UHGV virus genome: UHGV-0230849
DNA from: a virus
Length of the DNA: 39,729 nucleotides
Reading direction: 5' to 3' (one strand)
In this document: positions 32,891 through 39,729 of the stretch, one piece after another
Layout: each line of letters starts with the position of its first letter
Position numbering within the stretch: position 1 is the first letter of the stretch
Made by a program: the position numbers and the translations under genes
The notes under the pieces: generated by a model
Database searches by the model: none
Seen by the model: the letters and a program-made list of their open reading frames with translations, nothing else
What the model was told of the DNA's origin: nothing

Positions 32891-33061
32891 ATGCAACAGT
32901 TCGCTATTGCAGGGGCGGCATCGGTTCGCCCTTTCAACCCGATTTTATCGGTACAGCATTCACGAAAAAACATTCTAACCGGAGCAGACTTTAAACAACC
33001 AAGAATGAAAAGCTTGCTCGAAAAGATTTGGGATATTTTGAAACAACAAGGCCGTCCATGA
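32891..33061 (+). CDS. cIII: CIII-like protein (56 aa)
   Basis: MQQFAIAG...SLLEKIWDILKQQGRP resembles lambda CIII (MQYAIAG...LIDILNQPG); AAGGAG RBS; longer ORF-track start rejected. Confidence 0.6.
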   Translation: MQQFAIAGAASVRPFNPILSVQHSRKNILTGADFKQPRMKSLLEKIWDILKQQGRP

Positions 33062-33171
33062 GTTTTACAGATAACTGGTCAGACGAAGAATTCATTCGTC
33101 AGATGAACAAAATGCTCAATCAGCACAAAGAACAGGAGAAAGATGATTATTCTGACTCTGAATGATAAGCG
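33058..33171 (+). CDS. Possible small ORF (37 aa) coupled to cIII stop (ATGA overlap)
   Basis: Hand translation MSFTDNWSDEEFIRQMNKMLNQHKEQEKDDYSDSE; at the kil position of lambda; no homology claimed. Confidence 0.3.
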
Positions 33172-33454
33172 TGAAATATCGCAAATAATCGCAAGTTTTA
33201 CTGATGAAGATTACGAACGAATCAACAGTGAAGTTGATCGTCTCTGCAAACGTTGCGACCCAATAAGCGAAATGCTTCGCTCATATAAACCAGATGAACA
33301 CACTAAGGACGCTATCGACTGGCTGGAAGATGATGACTGTAACTATCAGGAAAAAGCCGCTGAATGGTTCTGGGATGCAATAACCGAAAGAGTTAAGGCT
33401 GAATATGCCTTCGCAATATTCAAACGCAGACACATTTATGGAGAAGCAGCATGA
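33143..33454 (+). CDS. Hypothetical protein (103 aa)
   Basis: AGGAGAAAG RBS; overlaps RecT start by ATGA. Confidence 0.55.
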   Translation: MIILTLNDKREISQIIASFTDEDYERINSEVDRLCKRCDPISEMLRSYKPDEHTKDAIDWLEDDDCNYQEKAAEWFWDAITERVKAEYAFAIFKRRHIYGEAA

Positions 33455-34353
33455 GCAATATCGTTGAATTCGTTAAACAGCAGGAGCAGTTATTCTGCGG
33501 AGCATTGACTGAACAGACGGTGACATGGGCTAAGGAAAGCCAGTTTGCAATTCAGTATTTCCAGAAAAATGATTACCTGGCTAAAACGGCACTGGCAAAT
33601 CCAACCAGCGCACAGAACGCCATCATCAATGTTGCGGCGATCGGTATCACCTTAAACCCGGCTAGCAAACTGGCTTATCTGGTTCCGCGCGACGGCATGG
33701 TTTGCCTTGATATCAGTTACATGGGGTTACTTCATCTTGCGCAATCGACAGGATCAATTAAGTGGGGGCAATGCAAACTGGTGTACTCAAACGACACCTA
33801 TGAATCAAATGGCCTTGATTCAGCACCAACCCACAAATACAACGCATTTGGTGAGCGAGGCTCTATTGTTGGTGGTTATTGTACGGTTAAAACAGCAGAT
33901 GGTGACTACCTGACTGAAGAAATGAGTCTGGCAGAAATTAAAGCTGTGGAAGCAACGAGCAAGGCAAAGAATGGACCGTGGAAAACATTCTGGGAAGAGA
34001 TGGCACGTAAAACAATAGTTAAACGCGCCAGCAAATACTGGCCTAAAGCCCAGCGACTGGATAATGCCATTCACCTGCTTAACGAAGATGAAGGTATGCA
34101 TCAGGAACCAGTTATGCCGCACAAATCAGAGGAAGATATCCGCGAAGATGAACGGAAACGCCAGCAGGAAATAATGGAAAAAGCACAACTTCTTTGTGAT
34201 GAAATGACTCAGGCTGAAAACATGGATGATTTGAAGAGATATTTTGCAGAAGCATATCGCCTGACATCTGGAATGAAATTGCAGCAGAACATACAAGCCA
34301 TTTACGCAGAATGCAAAGCGAAACTGGAGGTTGCCAGTGAGCAAACTGTATGA
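33451..34353 (+). CDS. recT: RecT-family single-strand annealing protein
   Basis: GPWKTFWEEMARKTIVKRASKYWP resembles the RecT signature (GPWVTHWEEMAKKTAIRRLFKYLP in Rac RecT). Confidence 0.8.
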   Translation: MSNIVEFVKQQEQLFCGALTEQTVTWAKESQFAIQYFQKNDYLAKTALANPTSAQNAIINVAAIGITLNPASKLAYLVPRDGMVCLDISYMGLLHLAQSTGSIKWGQCKLVYSNDTYESNGLDSAPTHKYNAFGERGSIVGGYCTVKTADGDYLTEEMSLAEIKAVEATSKAKNGPWKTFWEEMARKTIVKRASKYWPKAQRLDNAIHLLNEDEGMHQEPVMPHKSEEDIREDERKRQQEIMEKAQLLCDEMTQAENMDDLKRYFAEAYRLTSGMKLQQNIQAIYAECKAKLEVASEQTV

Positions 34354-34819
34354 AATTGCCAATGAATACGCAAAATTGATGGATTCAGATTTAGAGCCAG
34401 AGATGATTGCTGACACAATAGAAGGCATGGAAGGAGAATTTACCGATAAAATAGAGCAACTTCTTGCCATTATTAAAAATGAGTCTGGTTATGCTGAACG
34501 CCTCAAGGAAGAGGCAAAGTCACTGAATGAAAGAGCAGCAGTAATTCAAAATAAGATTGATAGCATTATGACGTATATAGCGTCATCGCTTGAAATGGTT
34601 GGAAAGAAAAAGATTCGAGCAGGTATTCACCAGGTAACAATCCGCAAACCGTCAGAAACTGTAGAAATCATCGACTCAAGCGCCCTTCCTCCAGAATACG
34701 TTGAGTTTGAAACAACAATTAAAGCCGACAAACTGGCAATCAAACACCAACTAAAAGCAGGAATAAATATCCCCGGCGCTCAACTCAAAGTTGGGAAACC
34801 TTCACTTCTTATCAAATAA
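34337..34819 (+). CDS. Gp157-like protein (Sipho_Gp157 family), GTG start
   Basis: MSKLYEIANEYAKLMDSD... with GGAGG 6 nt upstream of GTG; Gp157-type proteins commonly accompany RecT/Sak recombinases. Confidence 0.6.
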   Translation: MSKLYEIANEYAKLMDSDLEPEMIADTIEGMEGEFTDKIEQLLAIIKNESGYAERLKEEAKSLNERAAVIQNKIDSIMTYIASSLEMVGKKKIRAGIHQVTIRKPSETVEIIDSSALPPEYVEFETTIKADKLAIKHQLKAGINIPGAQLKVGKPSLLIK

Positions 34820-34830
34820 CGGTATCGCCT

Positions 34831-35145
34831 ATGAAAAAGAATCCATGGGAGAAATGGGAAGTCGATTTCTTACGCGAAGTAGCGGCGACAATGCCAGTTG
34901 AAGTTATCGCTGAAAAACTGGAAAGGACTGAAAAAGCAGTAATGGCGAAAGCAACAAGGATTGGCGCTGACATTGTTAGCCGACTTCGTGGAAGACGATG
35001 GACAAGAGCCGAAGTATCACTTTTCGGTAAGTTCTCCGCAGAAGAAATAGCAATTGCAACCTGCCGCTCAATTTATTCAGTAAGGGCTATGCGATACAAG
35101 CTAAAAAAACTCGATGAAGAAAGAGCAGGCATACGAATAAATTAA
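34831..35145 (+). CDS. Hypothetical protein (104 aa)
   Basis: Operon-oriented ORF; no family assigned. Confidence 0.5.
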   Translation: MKKNPWEKWEVDFLREVAATMPVEVIAEKLERTEKAVMAKATRIGADIVSRLRGRRWTRAEVSLFGKFSAEEIAIATCRSIYSVRAMRYKLKKLDEERAGIRIN

Positions 35146-35161
35146 CAAAGAGGAATTTACC

Positions 35162-35326
35162 ATGAGAGGACTTGCATACAATCCCGGCATTCTTCCGGCA
35201 GAAATGATTATTCGCCAACGAGTAAAGCCAATGCCATCGAGAGAGGAATTGCTTAAGAGAAATTCTTTTCCATCAGTGAATCAAAACAAATATCTGAATG
35301 CGATGTTGCGGAGTGGGAAGAAATGA
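35162..35326 (+). CDS. Possible small ORF (54 aa), under the ORF-track cutoff
   Basis: AAGAGGAA RBS then ATG at 35162; stop overlaps next gene start (ATGA). Confidence 0.35.
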   Translation: MRGLAYNPGILPAEMIIRQRVKPMPSREELLKRNSFPSVNQNKYLNAMLRSGKK

Positions 35327-35874
35327 AACAAATGTCACTAATTGAGATGGATGGTTTTCTGAAAGGTAAATGCATCCCACGAGATTTAAAGGTTAACGAA
35401 ACAAACGCTGAATATCTGGTGCGTAAGTTCGGTGAAGCGGAGGCCAAGATTTCGGCTCTGTCCGAAGACCAGCAGAGAGCGATTGAGTCAATTAAGCAGG
35501 CTGATGCGGCTGTTAAGTTGGCACACGAGAAGTTTTCGGCGCTGGCGGCGGAGAATGAACTGGCTCGTAAGGCAGTTCAGGCATTCTGCGATGTTGTTGG
35601 CGACAACACCGAGGTTATCGCTGAGGTGGTTGGGCGAGATGGCGTTCTGGTTATTTTGGAGGCCATGAAGGCAACAGGAAATATGCCAGCCACCGATGCT
35701 TTTCTGGCTGAAGTACGGGCGCAGGGCGTGGAGATGCTGGCAAAAAATCATCAGAGTATCGTCAATGCACTTAAGGGAGATTCTTTATTTTCTGATGGTG
35801 AATACCGACATGCAGCTATTGTTTCCGCAGCTGTATATTTCGCTGCAGAGCTTCGCAAAGGAGGCAACCAGTGA
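35323..35874 (+). CDS. Hypothetical protein (183 aa)
   Basis: Operon-oriented ORF, helical/Ala-rich; no family assigned. Confidence 0.5.
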   Translation: MKQMSLIEMDGFLKGKCIPRDLKVNETNAEYLVRKFGEAEAKISALSEDQQRAIESIKQADAAVKLAHEKFSALAAENELARKAVQAFCDVVGDNTEVIAEVVGRDGVLVILEAMKATGNMPATDAFLAEVRAQGVEMLAKNHQSIVNALKGDSLFSDGEYRHAAIVSAAVYFAAELRKGGNQ

Positions 35875-36170
35875 CGGTATGTCTTATTGATAAACGTCGA
35901 CGTGGGCAACAAATACCATCTGTTGAAATGCCGAATCACACATGGTTTTGCGTACTTGATATCGATGGTATTGATACGTTGGTTGACACTCGTCATTACT
36001 GCGATACCGCAACAGCTACTCCGGCGAAAGCAAAGAAAATGGCTGCTCTGATAGAAAACTGGACTCCACCTGATGGTTGGTGCAATGGGAATGATCGAGA
36101 TTGGCATGAAAAAATGAAGGGCTATATCTGCGATTTCTTACGTAAATGCAACGGCTTCAGGGTGATGTGA
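35871..36170 (+). CDS. Hypothetical protein (99 aa, GTG start)
   Basis: AAGGAGG 7 nt upstream of GTG; GTGA overlap with previous stop. Confidence 0.45.
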   Translation: MTVCLIDKRRRGQQIPSVEMPNHTWFCVLDIDGIDTLVDTRHYCDTATATPAKAKKMAALIENWTPPDGWCNGNDRDWHEKMKGYICDFLRKCNGFRVM

Positions 36171-36171
36171 T

Positions 36172-36924
36172 ATGACCAAAATTAACTATCAGGCACTGCG
36201 TGAAGCGGCAGAAAAAGCAACGTGTGGTGTGTGGTCGCTCGAATATGGAGAGGAGAGATTTGATGCTGGTGATGCGCTAATTCATCGCGAGGCTGCTGGA
36301 TATATTCCCATTTGCAGAATTGAAGGAGCGCATCCTGAAAGCGGTTTCGATGAAGATTTCCAAATGGAACAGCAGGCCAATGCTGAATTCATCGCCGCAG
36401 CCAGTCCAGCTACCGTGCTGGCACTGCTGGATGAACGGGAAAGAAACCAGCAATACATAAAACGCCGCGATCAGGAGAACGAGGATATTGCGCTTACGGT
36501 TGGGAAGCTGCGCGTTGAGCTGGAAGGCAAAGACAGCAAAATAGCCAATCTTACCGCCGAACGCGATGCTCTTCGTGAAGGTGAGATGGGCGACGCTAGG
36601 CATAGCAACACACGGGCCGCAGCTGATATCTACTTCCAACTGGTCGAGGAGTGCGAAATTCCTGCTGGCGGATCTCTGGTCGAGTACGTTGACGATATGC
36701 GCGAGAAGCTGGAAGCCGCAGAGAAGCGCATAGCAGAGTTAGAAAGTGATTCTCAGGCACAAAAGTTAGTTGAAGCAATCATTGTTGCGATAGAAAACGA
36801 ACAGGAACGTCTTTTTGATGAAGATTACCTAATGGATTCGAAAGAATGCATTGACGTAATTCGTGAAGAAGTAAAGCGATGGAATGATTCCCGCACCGCT
36901 GGCATTCGCATCAAAGGAGAGTGA
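36172..36924 (+). CDS. Ead/Ea22-like protein
   Basis: N-terminal MTKINYQALREAAEKAT... typical of Ead/Ea22-like prophage proteins; acidic coiled-coil C-terminal part. Confidence 0.5.
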   Translation: MTKINYQALREAAEKATCGVWSLEYGEERFDAGDALIHREAAGYIPICRIEGAHPESGFDEDFQMEQQANAEFIAAASPATVLALLDERERNQQYIKRRDQENEDIALTVGKLRVELEGKDSKIANLTAERDALREGEMGDARHSNTRAAADIYFQLVEECEIPAGGSLVEYVDDMREKLEAAEKRIAELESDSQAQKLVEAIIVAIENEQERLFDEDYLMDSKECIDVIREEVKRWNDSRTAGIRIKGE

Positions 36925-36925
36925 T

Positions 36926-37522
36926 ATGAGCGCTATAACCAAAGAACGTATCGAATTATTCATTAAAAATCCGCTTGATAACGGGCTTACCCGTGGCGAA
37001 CAAATGGAACTGGCACGAATTGCACTGGCATCACTGGAACGCGAACAGATTCGCCACGAGCATGCCAAATGGTCTGACTCCACATTTGGCTGCGTTGGCC
37101 CCATTGGTCCGCTGAAACATCTCTCAAAAGAGGCACTGGAAGCCGAAGCCGAACCAGACGATCTTAGCGAGTGGGCTGATATGCAGTTTCTGTTGTGGGA
37201 TGCACAGCGCCGTGCTGGCATCAGCGATGCTGAAATTACCGCTGCTATGGAAGATAAATTGAAGATCAACATGGAGCGCCAGTGGCCTGAGCCAAAAGAT
37301 GGTGAGCCTCGCTTGCACATTAAAGAACCCGGCAACTCTCCGGTAATTCCGGATGGTTGGGTTATGGTGCCGAAGGAGTTAACCCCGGAAATGATGAGAG
37401 CCGTTCAGATTAGAAGTGAGCTTGGAGGGTATGCCACTTCCAATCTATCTGGTGCATACAATATGTTTTCTGAGTTCTGGAATGTTGCTGTCTCAGCTGC
37501 GCCTAAGGTGGATGATTTATGA
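36926..37522 (+). CDS. DUF550-like protein (MazG-like dATP/dGTP pyrophosphohydrolase-type N-terminal domain)
   Basis: FG...LKHLSKEALEAEAEPDDLSEWADMQFLLWDAQRRAGI...KLKINMERQW resembles DUF550 signature; start at MSAITK. Confidence 0.5.
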   Translation: MSAITKERIELFIKNPLDNGLTRGEQMELARIALASLEREQIRHEHAKWSDSTFGCVGPIGPLKHLSKEALEAEAEPDDLSEWADMQFLLWDAQRRAGISDAEITAAMEDKLKINMERQWPEPKDGEPRLHIKEPGNSPVIPDGWVMVPKELTPEMMRAVQIRSELGGYATSNLSGAYNMFSEFWNVAVSAAPKVDDL

Positions 37523-37821
37523 ATCTATATCGCTGCCCATTCTGTGGTTCCACTGTGCTTAACATCGGATACTCATTCAGTATCAGAGGGAAAATGCGCT
37601 ATGTGTCATGCAAATGTGGTGCCCAAGGACCAGAAAAACGAACTAAATCTGAAGCGATTTCTTCATGGAATAGTCGAATGAAAGTATGGGTTTATGATCC
37701 AGAAACAATATTAAACGTTGAAGAGCGCAGGAGAACGGAAGTCTATATTCATAACCTTAATGAAGATGGATTTACACCAGTGCTTGTAAAGGCTACTCCG
37801 CAGGAGGTTAACCGTGGCTAA
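37519..37821 (+). CDS. Lar-family restriction-alleviation protein (zinc-ribbon)
   Basis: MNLYRCPFCGS...CKCGAQGPEKRTKSEAISSWNSR matches the Lar-family pattern CPFCG...C.CGA.GP...A...WN.R. Confidence 0.65.
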   Translation: MNLYRCPFCGSTVLNIGYSFSIRGKMRYVSCKCGAQGPEKRTKSEAISSWNSRMKVWVYDPETILNVEERRRTEVYIHNLNEDGFTPVLVKATPQEVNRG

Positions 37822-37908
37822 CCTACAACTTGCCGTCAAAGGTGAATAACAATCCTCGCACTCGCGGGGATTTCTTTTATCTGAACTCGCTACGGCGGGT
37901 TTTGTTTT

Positions 37909-38220
37909 ATGGAGATGATTATGGCCTGTTCAACATTCAACCCTCTAACGTTACAGAAATACCAGCCAGACCCTGAAGATTTATGCTCACTGTGTGGCGG
38001 AAATCATGGTAAAGCCGCCATGATCGAATGTAAGGACAAAATCCACATATGTCTTAATTGCGTTGATGTCCTCGTTGATATCAAAAATGAAAGAGAAGAT
38101 AAAAAGCGTAGCGAGGCTATTCGCGCCTTAGATTCATGGATGCGAGATGGGTATAGTGCTGCGCAAATTTATGACTTAGCCATTTCAAAAGGCGAAATAC
38201 CAGGTGTGCGAATCGAATAA
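37909..38220 (+). CDS. Hypothetical Cys-rich protein (103 aa)
   Basis: CSLCGGNHG...CLNC pattern; function unknown. Confidence 0.45.
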   Translation: MEMIMACSTFNPLTLQKYQPDPEDLCSLCGGNHGKAAMIECKDKIHICLNCVDVLVDIKNEREDKKRSEAIRALDSWMRDGYSAAQIYDLAISKGEIPGVRIE

Positions 38221-38255
38221 GAAGCGCACTCAAGCATCTTTTGGAGAAATCACAA

Positions 38256-38423
38256 ATGCACTTCCGAGTCACAGGTGAATGGAATGGAGAGCCATTCAAC
38301 AGAGTTATCGAAGCCGAGAACATCAGCGACTGCTATGACCACTGGATGCTGTGGGCGCAGATAGCACATGCAGACGTAACCAATATTCGAATTGAAGAAC
38401 TGAAAGAACACCAAGCCGCCTGA
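38256..38423 (+). CDS. Hypothetical small protein (55 aa)
   Basis: GGAG 9 nt upstream of ATG at 38256; stop inside the following terminator. Confidence 0.4.
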   Translation: MHFRVTGEWNGEPFNRVIEAENISDCYDHWMLWAQIAHADVTNIRIEELKEHQAA

Positions 38424-38437
38424 TGGCGGTTTTTTCT
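38415..38437 (+). terminator. Rho-independent terminator upstream of xis
   Basis: gccgcc-tgat-ggcggt followed by tttttct. Confidence 0.75.
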
Positions 38438-38462
38438 TGCGTGTAATTGCGGAGACTTTGCG

Positions 38463-38681
38463 ATGTACTTGACACTTCAGGAGTGGAACGCACGCCAGCG
38501 ACGCCCAAGAAGCCTTGAAACAGTTCGTCGATGGGTGCGCGAATGCAGGATATTCCCTCCTCCGGTTAAGGATGGAAGAGAGTATCTGTTCCACGAATCA
38601 GCGGTAAAGGTTGACTTAAATCGACCAGTAACAGGTAGCCTTTTGAAGAGGATCAGAAATGGGAAGAAGGCGAAGTCATGA
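38463..38681 (+). CDS. xis: Excisionase Xis
   Basis: MYLTLQEWNARQRRPRSLETVRRWVRECRIFPPPVKDGREYLFHESAVKVDLNRP... matches lambda Xis. Confidence 0.97.
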   Translation: MYLTLQEWNARQRRPRSLETVRRWVRECRIFPPPVKDGREYLFHESAVKVDLNRPVTGSLLKRIRNGKKAKS

Positions 38682-39729
38682 GCGCCGGGATTTACCCCCT
38701 AACCTTTATATAAGAAACAATGGATATTACTGCTACAGGGACCCAAGGACGGGTAAAGAGTTTGGATTAGGCCGAGACAGGAGAATAGCAATCACTGAAG
38801 CTATACAGGCCAACATTGAGTTATTTTCAGGACACAAACACAAGCCTCTGACAGCGAGAATCAACAGTGATAATTCTGTTACGTTACATTCATGGCTTGA
38901 TCGCTACGAAAAAATCCTCGCCAGCAGAGGAATCAAGCAGAAGACACTCATAAATTACATGAGCAAAATTAAAGCAATAAGGAGGGGTCTGCCTGATGCT
39001 CCACTTGAAGACATCACCACAAAAGAAATTGCGGCAATGCTCAATGGATACATAGACGAAGGCAAGGCGGCGTCAGCCAAGTTAATCAGATCAACACTAA
39101 GCGATGCATTCCGAGAGGCAATAGCTGAAGGCCATATAACAACAAACCCGGTCTCTGCCACTCGCGCAGCAAAATCAGAGGTAAGGAGATCAAGACTTAC
39201 AGCTGACGAATACCTGAAAATTTATCAAGCAGCAGAATCATCACCATGTTGGCTAAGACTTGCAATGGAACTGGCTGTTGTTACCGGGCAGCGAGTTGGT
39301 GATTTATGCGAAATGAAGTGGTCTGATATCGTAGATGGATATCTTTATGTCGAGCAAAGCAAAACAGGCGTAAAAATTGCCATCCCTACAACATTGCATG
39401 TTGATGCTCTCGGGATATCAATGAAGGAAACACTTGATAAATGCAAAAAGATTCTTGGCGGAGAAACCATAATTGCATCTACTCGTCGTGAACCGCTTTC
39501 ATCCGGCACAGTATCAAGGTATTTTATGCGCGCACGAAAAGCATCAGGTCTTTCCTTCGAAGGGGATCCGCCAACCTTTCACGAGTTGCGCAGTTTGTCT
39601 GCAAGACTCTATGAGAAGCAGATAAGCGATAAATTTGCTCAACATCTTCTCGGGCATAAGTCGGACACCATGGCATCACAGTATCGTGATGACAGAGGCA
39701 GGGAGTGGGACAAAATTGAAATCAAATAA
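38659..39729 (+). CDS. int: Integrase Int (tyrosine recombinase)
   Basis: 356 aa, MGRRRSHERRDLPPNLYIRNNGYYCYRDPRTGKEFGLGRDRRIAITEAIQANIELF... near-identical to lambda Int; overlaps xis as in lambda. Confidence 0.97.
   Translation: MGRRRSHERRDLPPNLYIRNNGYYCYRDPRTGKEFGLGRDRRIAITEAIQANIELFSGHKHKPLTARINSDNSVTLHSWLDRYEKILASRGIKQKTLINYMSKIKAIRRGLPDAPLEDITTKEIAAMLNGYIDEGKAASAKLIRSTLSDAFREAIAEGHITTNPVSATRAAKSEVRRSRLTADEYLKIYQAAESSPCWLRLAMELAVVTGQRVGDLCEMKWSDIVDGYLYVEQSKTGVKIAIPTTLHVDALGISMKETLDKCKKILGGETIIASTRREPLSSGTVSRYFMRARKASGLSFEGDPPTFHELRSLSARLYEKQISDKFAQHLLGHKSDTMASQYRDDRGREWDKIEIK

Overview
The window is a near-complete mosaic lambdoid prophage (about 39.6 kb), lying in reverse orientation to the conventional lambda map. 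Positions 1-90 look like host DNA at the E. coli lambda attachment site, followed by an attR-type junction (core 91-105, then a lambda-like P arm); int ends exactly at the window edge, so attL must lie just beyond 39729. Modules, left to right: P22-like tailspike (P22 head-binding N-terminus, unrelated receptor-binding body); P22 immI (ant, arc, mnt with Oarc and Omnt); an accessory island holding a Panacea-domain protein plus a small partner (candidate toxin-antitoxin) and a divergent membrane/coiled-coil ORF; P22-like virion genes (gp16/20/7/14/26/10/4, coat, scaffold, portal, TerL, TerS); a Rha moron; lambda-type lysis genes (S, R, Rz/Rz1); a Q82/DLP12-type Q and nin region (rusA, ybcO-like, ninF, ninE, ninB); DnaB-like helicase and an O-like initiator with internal iterons; a lambda immunity region (cII, nutR, cro, OR1-3, cI, OL/PL, nutL, N); a 301-aa gene in the place of rexAB (candidate BstA-like abortive-infection protein); and an early-left region with cIII-like, RecT, Gp157-like, DUF550-like, Lar-like, xis and int. 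No rRNA, intact tRNA, CRISPR array or IS element was found. All homology calls are from reading the translations and recalled reference sequences, not from database searches.
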